A stretch of DNA of 64,000 nt from Chiloscyllium plagiosum (lineage: Eukaryota). Each line of letters begins with the position of its first letter. Position 1 is the stretch's first letter. The DNA is taken from positions 33,604,944-33,668,943 of the forward strand of contig NC_057720.1 in assembly GCF_004010195.1 (NCBI RefSeq), read 5' to 3'. The notes below the pieces were generated by a model. It had not been told where the DNA came from and made no database searches. It saw only the letters and a list, made by a program, of their open reading frames with translations. The position numbers were made by a program, and so were the translations under genes. This document shows positions 52,334 to 64,000 of the stretch, piece by piece.

Positions 52334-52549
52334 CAGTAAATCCTCTATCAGCGAAATCATAAATTATGAATTTGCCTATCCATTCCAAAAAGTAAGTAGC
52401 AACAAAAATGAACATTCAAGGGCAAAACTCACATATCTGTGATATTTCTAACCATTGTAAGCTATTTTTAATGAGCTGTACAATCGTGAATTTCATCATT
52501 TGCCAGGGTTCTCAGGAACGGAACCCTTGTGGATACGGAGGAATGACTG
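52334..52549. mobile_element. Tigger-like MITE
   Basis: TA-cagtaaatcctctatc ... gatacggaggaatgactg-TA inverted ends. Confidence 0.7.
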
Positions 52550-53533
52550 TAACAAGAAGGTATAAAAATTTGTCCTTTCTCTTATCCCAGGGTCACTTGA
52601 AGTGTGACACACCATGGGAGCATGTTGCTCTGTTGTAATCTTCTAGTTTAATGTTATTTAAACATTTACGTGTGTGAAGAATACGATGTTTGTATATAAT
52701 GTTAAGTTGAAACAAATTTCTGTTGGATTATTCAATACTATAATGACTCCGACCTTAAAGTATCATATGTTGCGGGAGATAAAGTAAGCATTACTGCATA
52801 AAATAGAATACCCTGCTGAAGGCAAGCTAACATTATGCTGGCATTTGTGGGATATGATGTGATTTTGTCTCCAAGGTATTTTGCCTAATACAATAATGCT
52901 TACATTATCTCCCTTAATGTAAGAAAATGGGTATGCCGATTGACGTTTTAAGGAAATTAACTGAAATGCTACATTCATATGTTCATAGTTATCTCAGCTA
53001 CTATTAATTTATTAGATTACAACAGAAAACAACATGCTTCTAGAAATGTGTCCTACTTCAAATGATCGCAGGAAAGATTGAGTATGAGACCTTTATACCC
53101 TCAAGTCACATATTTTAAAACTGTTATGTTATCATGAGCATATCTTTTAAATATGTCCTAAACCAATGAGATATAACATGTCTTTCCTTCCAAAGATGAA
53201 AATTTAATCCAAATAGGCAAGCAAAACAGAGTTTACAAGACCAACGTTTCAAACTTCAAAGTAAACGTATTCGAGATTTGACGACTCATGCTGGTCTGGA
53301 GTGGCACATGTTGTCTGCTGCCCTTATTTGCCAACTTGGCAGTAAGGTTGCTGTTACTCAAAATCACTGCTCAATCATTAACATCAGAGTGTTCTTTCTA
53401 AGTCTGTTCAGCATGGTGTGCCATGCTGGATCTAAGCTCGCTTCTCTTCCTTTGCAAATTAGCAGTATAATCAGTAATAACTTCATATGGCCTGCACTGC
53501 TTACATATTTTAGAAACAATTGCTGGTGTCCAA

Positions 53534-53588
53534 GTATTTGTATTTGTATTTCTAACTCCATTTTGTATTTGTATTTGTATTTGTATTT
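53534..53588. repeat. (TATTTG)n microsatellite, interrupted
   Basis: Seen directly. Confidence 0.85.
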
Positions 53589-54237
53589 CTGCCCAATGCG
53601 CAGTTTTGGTAGTTCTTACTCATCAGAAATCTCTTTCATTCTCCTCTATCTTTAAAAGTGGTGATGGTTGTGGGATTAATGTTTGCCAGGATACAAGGCA
53701 GTTAGCTAGAAAATTGGGTCATGACATATTTCCTCATTGGAACAGATAGGCTACAGTCTGGTGTTTGGTACAGGCAGTCTGAAAAGTGAAAATGTGGCGT
53801 TGCAATAATGTGTTGGTTCATTAAACATAAATCTCCAATGTTTAACAACTGAAACAATATTAAAACTCTAGATCAGAACATGAATTGATCCATTATTAGC
53901 CTTCTCAAAATGCAATCTTTACGGAAGAACCACTGATATTTCTTTGGAATTATGATATTGAAGAAAGCATGTTCTAAGAGATTTTCATAAGCTTTTTATT
54001 TGAATGTTTTGTGCCCCATTACTTATAATGGGATTCATGGATATACTGCCACACAGAGGAATTTTAATTCTGTTTGTCTGATGGAAATGGAATGGATGGA
54101 CAGTTAAAAAGCTGTTGGTAATTTGCTCACTGAATTCTGACCAACTTCGCACCAAATGTGCATTTAACTTGAGCAGGTTGCAAAGGTATACACTGTCTGC
54201 TTTAAATGCACACATTCGGTGCCTGATGGTGTCCTTA

Positions 54238-54560
54238 AGATTAGATTACCTACAGTGTGGAAACAGCCCTTCAGCCCAACAAGTCCACACCGACCCTCCG
54301 AAGAGCAACCTACCCAGACCCACTCCCCTACACTTACCCCTTCACCTAACACTACGGGCTACGGGCAATTTAGCATAGCTAATTCACCTAACCTGCACAT
54401 TTTTGGATTGTGGGAGGAAACCAGAGCACCTGGAGGAAACCCACGCAGACACAGGGAGAATGTGCAAACTCCACACAGACAGTTCCCTGAGGCAGGAATT
54501 GAACCCGGGTCTCTGGCGCTGAGAGGCAGCAGTGCTAATCACTGTGCCACTATGCCGCCC
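54238..54560 (-). mobile_element. HE1-type SINE
   Basis: Reverse-strand head, core and tail. Confidence 0.9.
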
Positions 54561-57500
54561 AAAGCTCAGCTTTGAAATATTTTCTGGGATTTTGCATTAG
54601 TAATGACTGTACAGTGGTTTCTCTTTTTTTTGTGTGTGAGCTTGACAACCATTTCTAGTATGCTGGTCAGTGATTCCCTAGCCTACTTCAAGGTGAAGGC
54701 CTTGCAGAAGGAAATCAATGAGGAATCTCTGAATTAGCATGATCTTCAAGTTTTGAATGCTAAATTCACTTTGTAAAACCCTTGGAAAATTTAAGCCTTG
54801 TTGTATGGGGTGTAACTGGATTTTTAATGGTGTATTAAATTGTAATTATTTAGGAAAACCTCTTTGGTTCTGAAAGACTGATATTTTTATTGGTGGAATG
54901 ACACATTGCTCAATTACGTGAAAACAAATTGCAGTGATTTACAAAAAAGTTTATTTATTTCTGCTCAGTTCCATTTGTATTCACCAAATTTGATTTTGTT
55001 TTCTGTAATATGATAAATTCTGCTTAGTACTTCCTGGTTTACTGTCTGAGTGAGTTCTTCACAATGAATGGCTACTAAGCCTGCATGTTGACAGCACTGT
55101 TACTTGGCACCAGAGACCCATGTAATTGGCGAGAAAATGATGTTCACCTCAAGAAAGGCAAGGTCCATGCTATATCTTTGTGGGTAGCTTTCTGCTGATT
55201 GTAAATATCAGGGCTGCGATTTTTGATATAGCATAAAGTATCAGTCACAGCTCTCCACTGTTACAACAGACACAAAAGCTCGACATTACACAATCCCTCT
55301 GGTTCCTATACCAAAAATACATTATACATTCTGATATTCCCCCTCTGCATTGTAATTTGCAGCTCACTCATCACTTCCAGATCAAAGTAGCAAATATGTT
55401 TGAAGGACAGGTGGAAAGTCCATTAATGCCAGACATCAGACTGCAATGAATGGCACACATTGTAGATAGGAAATCTAGAAAGTGTTAAATTTGAAAATGA
55501 GACCTTTAACCCCTTGGGAGTTAGCACATAACCACTGTATTTTCAGAACCATTCTGCAACCATTGCTGTCATCATTCATCTTGTGGCTGTAATTATGAAG
55601 TTGCAGTTTATTCTACTGAATTGCTGAGTAATTTGATGTTAGAGAGCAATGTACTTATCTTTGTTACCTACTTTTCTATACTATAGAATACTTCTACTAT
55701 TCAAAATGAGGTTGGGACTGGACATTGTATGCTCTACCTTCTGTTTTAACACCATGAATGGCAATGTTCGTGTCATCTAAAATGTAGTCCATAGACCAGC
55801 TGCTGCTGGAGTGTAATTTATCATCTCCATAACTGGAGAAGGTTTTAGGGGTGTACCTGCCATTAATGTTTTCAGTCAGTGCAGAAAGCAAACATTCTTC
55901 TGTGAGCTAGTTTATGTGATCACCCCCTTGGACTCCATGGATGAAGCCATTGGTGTTTCATTCATCTTCTCTGAGCCCAGCACCCAAAATTTCAAATATC
56001 TTGTGTACGTTTTTCACTTTGAGTGAAAGGAAAAAAAATCACTTACTTGATATCTGTTAAAATTTTCTCATTATCGAGTAATTAAAGTACAAGGATGTAA
56101 AGGCGTCTTCTTGGAGTATCTGTAAATCAATGTTTGGATGTTGTATTGGAACAGCATTAGATTCTGGAGTATTTGAGGGACAGAGCACCAACTGAGGCTG
56201 GGGTATGATGGAGTTGAAAGAGTGGCAATTTGACCCTCAGCTGAAAAAGTTTGATTCTGGAGCGCAGTGGAAGTAATTTGTGTCCTCAGATGCTAGGTCA
56301 ATCAGCTGTCTGTTAGAGGTGTTTATTATCTTTCCTAGGAGCATCATGACCATAATCCATTCTTGTGTGAGGTGCTGAAAGAGAGAGAGAATGAGAGTGT
56401 CAGTGGAATTTATCAAGCAATGTCTAACAAGGTGAAACAAATAAGGTTGTATTTCAACTTAAAAGAGGGAAATTCAATTTGATATCACTGGGTTGCCCTA
56501 AGCCGTTGTTCACTCTATAATCACATTGATTCCCAGGCAATTCTGTCCATTTATTTTAAAGACAAACACATTAGAACAAGAACTGACTTTCTGCAGAGCA
56601 AACTAGTAGATAATAAGTGCACCTTTTTGTTGATTAATGTGGTAGCTGAAGATCAAAAGGCTTTGTTGCTTAACAATTGAATATGTGATACCAGTAAGGA
56701 AGCTTTGCCAATTAGAATTAAATGGTTGGGTAGCTTAATCACAAGAATGATAAGATTAACACAGTAAATTATTACAGAAGAAGGCGAGAGACAACAGAGC
56801 ATCTTACTATAACCAAGCAAAGAAAATTTAATGAGTGTCAAGAACATGTAAGATTGTTCTCTAAAAGGCATACTCATGATCTTATATTATTTAAATTCAA
56901 ATGATAAAAGCACTGTTTCCATTCAGTTGACTAATCTGTATGCTGGATGTCACTACAGTTTTGCTATTTTTTTGTCAATCCCAAAAAAACTAGTTTCTTC
57001 CTCCCAGGATTATTACAGGTAAACCTCAGAAGCCAAACATGTCAGGTTGTTAATTCATTCCTAGCTGCATCTCCAAAGGAACAAAGAATCGGTGTTCATT
57101 TGTGAATCAGTTCAGAGTTTATCTCCCAAGTTATTTCTGGTCTGCAGTGCTAATGTTACCTTTCTCGTTCTTCCGTGAAAATACCTTGCTCTCAGAGGAA
57201 TTCACATACACAGCCATTTAGACTTCCATAATTCTATCTGGCTGTTGTCTCCACTTGAGCTGAAACTTCCACTTTGAGAACAAGCTTCAGGCAATTTACA
57301 GGACATTTTCATTTCAGCACTCCACTTTCATTAAGGCAAAGGTTTACTGAAATATAAATGTGACTGTAAAACACATTTCTTGCCTTGGCATTCTCCAGGT
57401 CTCAAGTAGTCCAGAAGAAGTCAAGTATGTGGTTTTTGTAATATTATGAATGTAATTCCACATCATTAATATTAATTCTGCCCATATCCACATTGCCAGT

Positions 57501-57674
57501 ACTTTTATTCAATAAATATTCATGCAATTAAAGCTTAAATTCCTCTATTTTCAGGATTCCACGATCTTAATTGATAGATTATTCAAAATGTCTTTTTTAT
57601 TGCACAACTTTCTATGTTTTAAACATTACTCTTGGTTCAATGAATCTTGTGCCAGTTAATTCTTTGCTACCACG

Positions 57675-57820
57675 GTAGTGCTGTGGCTCAATTGGTAGCA
57701 CTCTCCGCTTTAAGTCAGAAGGTTGTGGGTTGAAGTCCCAATCCCAGTACAAACCTCTATGCCTACATTCCAGTAGAGTACCAAGGGAGTGCTGTACTCC
57801 TTGGAGATGCTGTCTTTGAG
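57675..57820 (+). mobile_element. Deu-domain SINE (SacSINE1-like) 5' part
   Basis: tRNA-like head followed by agggagtgctgtactccttggagatgctgtcttt, resembling the recalled Deu-SINE core. Confidence 0.55.
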
Positions 57821-59066
57821 TCATAAAGCTTGGAAACAGACCATTTGGTTCAATTTGTCCATGTCGACCAAGTTTCCTAAACTGAATTTATAGATTAAAT
57901 CTCAAGCCAGGCCTAATTCTGATCTCGTAGGTGGTCATATGAGATTCTATGGTGCCTGCCCTGTCACATTTGCTTATTTATGGACAAACACACACAGGTC
58001 TCTCTGTTTCTGTGGCACTTTAGAATTGTACTCAATCCTCTCTTCATTTTTCCTACCAGGTTTTCTTTCATGTGACTTTGCTGTGTAAAATTTCACGTGA
58101 CTTTCTATTCAATCAGTCTGAGTAGGTCCTATTACAGTCTATCACTACCCTACTCATGATTTGCAATATCTTCACGTGTTGCATCATCTGAAAATTTTGA
58201 AATCATGATCTGTATGTACATCCAAATCCAGATTATTGATGCACATCAGCAAAAGCAGTGCTTCTAGTTCTGATCCTTAGGGAGCATCAATGTATACCTT
58301 CTTTTGGTTCAGTAATGAACTCTATTGAATGTTCCCTGTTTCTCAGCAAACTTCTTATGTGACACTTTAACAAGTGCCATTTGGAAGTCCATTTGCTCCA
58401 CCTCAACCAAAGTCCTTAATTCTCTTTTCTTTAACTCATCAAAAAAAATCAATCCATTAAATACGATTCGTATTTAATAATTCCATGCTGGCCTTGATGA
58501 ATCGTTAAAGTGCTTGTTAATTGTGTTCTAGATAATCATTTCTGAAATCTTTCCCACCACTGGGCTTAAATTAACCGGCCTGTAATTGGCGGGTTTAACT
58601 TTGCACCTTCATTTCTGAATGAATGTGAACATTGCTAATTCTGTCTTTCTCTGGCATTACTCCCATATCTAAGGAAGATTGGTAGGGTATGGCCATTTCC
58701 TCCATAATTACTTTACCTACTTCCCTCCGTTTTCATCAATATCAACATTTTCTAATCTCTTACTATTTAAGAGAAACTTTACACCTTCATTCTTCCAACC
58801 AATTTTTATGACTTCACACTTACCCACATTTTATTCGATCTGCCATGCCCTTGTCTCTCAACCTGCCTACATCCTCTTTGATCCTCTTTGCATCCTCCTC
58901 ACCAATTACATTTCCATCAATTTTTGTACCATCTGCAAACGGGAAATATTGCAATTGTGAAGCAATTCAAGCCATTGAGATAAATTGTGGAAAGCAGGCT
59001 ACCGAGCACTGATCCTTGCAATACTCCACTGGTCATAGCCCAGCAACCTGTCAGTAATTCCATTGT

Positions 59067-59942
59067 AGGTAAAAACAATGACTGCAGATGCTGGAAACCA
59101 GATTCTGGATTAGTGGTGCTGGAAGAGCACAGCAGTTCAGGCAGCATCCAAGGAGCAGTGAAATCGACGTTTCGGGCAAAAGCCCTTCATCAGGAATAAA
59201 GGCAGAGAGCCTGNNNNNNNNNNNNNNNNNNNNNNNNNNNNNNNNNNNNNNNNNNNNNNNNNNNNNNNNNNNNNNNNNNNNNNNNNNNNNNNNNNNNNNN
59301 NNNNNNNNNNNNNNNNNNNNNNNNNNNNNNNNNNNNNNNNNNNNNNNNNNNNNNNNNNNNNNNNNNNNNNNNNNNNNNNNNNNNNNNNNNNNNNNNNNNN
59401 NNNNNNNNNNNNNNNNNNNNNNNNNNNNNNNNNNNNNNNNNNNNNNNNNNNNNNNNNNNNNNNNNNNNNNNNNNNNNNNNNNNNNNNNNNNNNNNNNNNN
59501 NNNNNNNNNNNNNNNNNNNNNNNNNNNNNNNNNNNNNNNNNNNNNNNNNNNNNNNNNNNNNNNNNNNNNNNNNNNNNNNNNNNNNNNNNNNNNNNNNNNN
59601 NNNNNNNNNNNNNNNNNNNNNNNNNNNNNNNNNNNNNNNNNNNNNNNNNNNNNNNNNNNNNNNNNNNNNNNNNNNNNNNNGTGGACCTGACCAGGTAGTC
59701 ACGGAGGGAACGGTCTTTGCAGAAGGTGGAAAGGGGTGGGGAGGGAGATATATCCCTGGTGGTGGGGTCTTTTTAGAGGTGGTGGAAATGTCGGCGGATG
59801 ATTTGGTTTATGCGAAGGTTGGTAGGGTGGAAGGTGAGCACCAGGGGCGTTCTGTCCTTGTTACGGTTGGAGGTGTGGGGTCTGAGGGCGAAGGTAGACG
59901 AGATGCGTTGGAGGACATCTTTAACCACGTGGGAAGGGAATT
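59067..59942 (-). mobile_element. Young Penelope-like element 3' part spanning the assembly gap
   Basis: pLTR terminus with perfect hammerhead motif (59166-59193) left of the gap; PLE-like coding sequence right of it. Confidence 0.75.
59214..59680. other. Assembly gap (467 N)
   Basis: Run of N. Confidence 1.
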
Positions 59943-61064
59943 TGTTTCTACTGTCTGCCTCTGCTGTTAACCAATCCTCAATCCATGCTAATCCATTACC
60001 TCCATTGCTTCAATTATGTTTACAAATCTCTTCTGTGGGACTTGATCAAAAATCCTTTTGAAAGTTCAAATGCATCGCATCCACTGCATCCCTTTTGTAA
60101 AATGTACTTCCAGTTCTCTCAAAACTATATCGCGAGTCACGAACCCTAACAGGCACCCTTCAGAGCTCAAATCTTTATTACTTGCTTTCAATTTAATAGT
60201 TTATAAAATAAATGAATACATTTCACTTTTTATTTGTGTTCTCACAATGTGAATTCAACATGTCCAAAGTTTTTGTCATTGTGTTATGACAGGTCTATGA
60301 ACTGTGACCAAACCTCCTGAGCTGTGCAGTGAAGCCCTGCTGCCGTTATCAGCTTTTACCAGCTGGGTGTATGTGCAGGGCCTGGCGCAGACCTACACAT
60401 GAGGTTGCATGGTACCGAGAGGGAAGGAATTTGAAGTTCTTTCGCAGTGTGTACTCTATGCAACGTGTAAAGAGGAAGGGGAAAAAAAGCCCATAATATT
60501 TATGGAGATTTAGGAGCTGTTGGCGTTTGACGCTTATTCTGAATGTGTGATTGGTTCTTCCATTGTGAGCCACAATGTAAGACTAATTTGACAAATATGC
60601 ACTTCTAGCACAGACCTTTACCAGTTAATGGTGACGTTCAGACAAAATTCAAACCTGATTTTTCATTTGTTAGAGTTAACGGATGGAAAACTAAGGGGTG
60701 CAATCATGCATCTGATTTCCCAGTGTATGCTCCTGTTGAGCAACGTGTGCCATTCATTCAGAAAATCCACCCTTCACACAGTATATGCAGTAACATTGGA
60801 ATCAACAGTGATTGTTTCGAACGGTGAGAGAACAAGTTTGAGCAAATATATTTTGTCAGTAATTCCAGATTCCCCTAGGTTCAACAGTAGCACTTGTTCT
60901 TTCTTGTGCTTCACCATATTTTTATGATTTAACTTTTATAACTTTCTTCATAAATCTGGTCCCACTCAGTCTGACGTTTGTTACTTTTCAGCACCTGAGT
61001 CAGAGTCACGTTGACAATTCTTGGGCACAATGGCACGTTTTCACTGCCATGGTGTATGTATGAT

Positions 61065-61212
61065 ATGGAGATGCCGGTGTTGGACTGGAGTGGACAAAGT
61101 CAGAGTTCACATGACACCAGGTTATAGGCCAACAGGTTTATTTGAAATCACAAATTTTCGGAACGCTGCTCCTTCATTGGGGTGAATTGGGGGAAGCGCA
61201 TAGGCACAGAAT
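61065..61212 (-). mobile_element. PLE-type terminus, same family as 43012-43160
   Basis: ggagatgccggtgttggactgg...caccaggttatag similarity. Confidence 0.7.
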
Positions 61213-62324
61213 TAAACAGTTCTTGAGCAAGAGACCAGTGTGGAGTTGTTGGGCCGAAGGGCCTGTTTCCACACTGTAGGGAATCTAATCTAAATTGTTA
61301 TTGCAATAGACCAGCAAAGGCTCAGGAGGCAAGCAGAATTCAGGCACGTCGCAGTCGTTATTCTTATTCAAGCAACGGCCAGATCATGCTGGGAGAGGAC
61401 CAAGGATTGCCCCCGCATGTGGCATTGACAACTCAGTTGTTCCCTTAATCTTGAGCTCAGATCAGAAGAGAGATGAATGATTCTCTAGTTTTTCATAGTG
61501 AGATACAGCATTTTTATACATTTTGTGTTCTAATAATTACATACACTGTGGTCACTGTGCACTTCCCCTTATTCTGTACATCCAATCCTGTGAAATGCCT
61601 AATTGATCATGGACAGCCCTAGGTTCCCATGATCTCAATATGTTTAACAGATATTGTAATGTCAAGGCCTTTCTATGCATCTTTCTCTGCATCCTGTGAA
61701 TTGGCATTCCAAAGTTACTGGCTGTATGCCTTACGGACGTGTTTCAGACTTGCTTATCTCTAAGGTCTGCTTGAATTCTGTTGCCCCTTGTATTCCTTTG
61801 CTATCTCTATCAAATTCTGTTACTCATAGTTTCCCGCTGTCCTGATTATATATGAAAAATAGAAAAGACAATTGGTTTTAAGATTCATATAATTCGTTCA
61901 TCTGTGTTTGTTATTGCAGAAGTTACCTCCTCCTTTAATGTTTGTTACAAATCTTGAAACTGTCTGTCCTCTGACATTTTCTTCTCAAACTGTCTCTGGT
62001 TGTTGATTGTGCAGTGTCCCCTTTCACCTCAGAGTAACTTCTGTTTCCCTTAAATGCTGGAGAGGGCTTCTAGCTCTGTTTATCACTTGTCAGCCATTTT
62101 GTGTTTAAATGCTGAAGCAGGTTTTTAAAATTCTGTTTATCCCCTTGTCGGCCATTTTGTGTCTTTCAAATATGGGCTCAATGCTGAGTGTCCCATAAGA
62201 ATCAATGACTACAGGCAAGCTGGTACAGAAAGAGCAGTCCCCAAGCAAGTGTTTCAGGCAGGTACCGGATCAAAAAAGCATGAAAAAACTCGTATTTACA
62301 TAATGTGTATAAATGACACGAAAC

Positions 62325-62465
62325 ATTTCACTTCAGAACTATTGAAGTACTTTAGAAGTACAGTCATTGTAATGCAGGAAACATGACAGCTGATTTGTGC
62401 ACAGCAAAGTTTCACGAGCAGCAGTGAAATAAATGATCAAATATTCCGTTTGTCATGTTGGTTGC
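62325..62465 (-). mobile_element. Deu-domain SINE fragment
   Basis: gtcattgtaatgcaggaaacatgacagctgatttgtgcacagcaaag resembles the recalled reverse Deu domain. Confidence 0.55.
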
Positions 62466-62989
62466 TATTTGAAGCTGAAGTGTCATTAATAGTTCATAGT
62501 AAGTATTTATGGCTGAGTTTCTTTTTATGTGGATTGTTACTTATAAGCACCTGGTCAGACCTATGTTAACAATTCATGGGCACAATGACATGACACAACT
62601 TTCAGCTTTATTTCTTTATTTTTGACTTATTTCTAAGGTCTGCAATGTGTAACTTTTAATCTTATTTCATATATTTTATGCTGTGCTACAACTACTACAA
62701 TGTTTAACTTTTAACTTAGTTCTTTTTTTCTGCTTTGATCTTAAGATTCTGTATCTTGTACCTTGTGTACATTATACACTTCCCATTGTACTGTACTTTT
62801 GTACTTGAGTACATGTGGCAAATCAAATCAAACCAAATGTTTTCAGTGCCACGGTGTATGTATTTGGACTATGAAATTATATATATTAAAAATGTAGGCA
62901 TTTGACTTAGTCATTTTTGAATTTGTGACTGATGATTTCCTCTAGCTTGGTACATTTATCTAACTTGAATATGTCCTTCATTCCAATAA

Positions 62990-64000
62990 TTTGTCTACAG
63001 GAGTAGTGCCAGAAGACTGGAGGATAGCAAATGTGGTTCCCTTGTTCAAAAAGGGGAGTAGGGATAACCCTAGTAACTATAGGCCGGTGAGTCTCACTTC
63101 TGTTGTGGGCAAAGTCTTAGAGAGAATTGTAAGGGATAGGATTTATGCACATCTGGATAGGAATAATGTGATCAAGGATAGTCAACATGGTTTTGTGAAG
63201 GGCAGGTCGTGCCTCACAAACCTTATTGAATTCTTTGAAAAGGTGACGAAGGAGGTTGATGAGGGGAAAGCGGTAGATGTGGTATATATGGATTTTAGTA
63301 AGGCGTTTGATAAGGTTCCCCATGGTAGACTACTGCAAAAAATACGGAGATATGGCATTGAGGATGAGTTGGAGGTTTGGATTAGGAATTGGCTGGATGG
63401 AAGAAGACAGAGGGTAGTAGTTGATGGCAAAGGTTCATCTTGGAGTGCAGTCACTAGTGGTGTTCCGCAAGGATCTGTTTTGGGACCATTGCTGTTTGTC
63501 ATTTTTATAAATGACATGGAAGAGGGGTTAGAAGGTTGGGTAAGCAAGTTTGCGGATGATACGAAAGTCGAAGGAGTTGTCCACCCAGGTAAATAGTGCG
63601 GTGAGGAAGGCATATGGCGTACTGGCTTTTATTGGTAGAGGAATTGAGTTCCGGAGTCCTGAGGTCATGATGCAGTTGTATAAGACTCTGGTGCGGCCGC
63701 ATCTGGAATATTGTGTGCAGTTTTGGTCGCCATACTATAGGAAGGATGTGGAGGCACTGGAACGGGTGCAGAGGAGGTTTACCAGGATGTTGCCTGGTAT
63801 GGAAGGAAGATCGTATGAGGAAAGACTGAGACACTTGGGGCTGTTTTCATTAGAGAAAAGAAGTTTTAGGGGTGACTTGATTGAGGTGTACAAGATGATT
63901 AGGGGGTTAGATAGGGTTGACAGTGTGAACCTTTTCCCGCGTATGGAGTCGGGTATTACAAGGGGGCATAGCTTTAAATTAAGGGGGGTAGATATTGGAC
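62990..64000 (+). mobile_element. Young 5'-truncated CR1 LINE with internal deletion near 63580; continues past the window end
   Basis: Open 201-aa RT stretch ([35 protein letters not shown]), then a jump to the C-terminal region. Confidence 0.93.

Larger units (their letters stand above)
57940..60125 (-). mobile_element. Old CR1 fragments with nested PLE
   Basis: TSGVLQGSVLGSLLSTIYLN in ORF 58917-59147. Confidence 0.65.

Noticed and set aside
59088..59702. 200-aa and 170-aa ORFs
   Set aside because: Artefacts of the N gap.
62991..63613. Host gene or antisense gene pair
   Set aside because: CR1 reverse transcriptase fragment. The antisense ORF is a common by-product, also seen at 16860-17306.
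38304..64000. Further B4GALT2 exons (catalytic domain)
   Set aside because: No matching peptide seen in the ORF track or by eye. Short exons could have been missed.

Overview
Vertebrate, repeat-dense genomic DNA, most likely from a shark (inferred from HE1-type SINEs, HER1/CR1-type LINEs and Deu-domain SINEs). Only one host exon is recognisable: the first coding exon of a beta-1,4-galactosyltransferase 2 gene (B4GALT2-like, + strand, about 37917-38303). No other exon was found, so the rest is probably intronic. Most listed ORFs are spurious or transposon remnants. The window holds a near full-length CR1 LINE (about 15492-20160, minus strand), many CR1, Rex/Babar-like and older LINE fragments, HE1-type and other SINEs, Tigger-like MITEs, a Harbinger transposase relic, many Penelope-like element (PLE) pieces and a 467-N assembly gap. 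Most notable observations: (1) four head-to-tail tRNA-Ser(AGA)-derived units inserted antisense inside the CR1; (2) about 15 minimal hammerhead-ribozyme motifs from several PLE families, with covarying stems; (3) an inverted copy of nearby sequence replacing part of a CR1; (4) two tandem duplications straddling retroelement 3' junctions; (5) upstream ORFs in the B4GALT2 leader. All repeat boundaries were read by eye and family names come from recalled motifs, not database searches.
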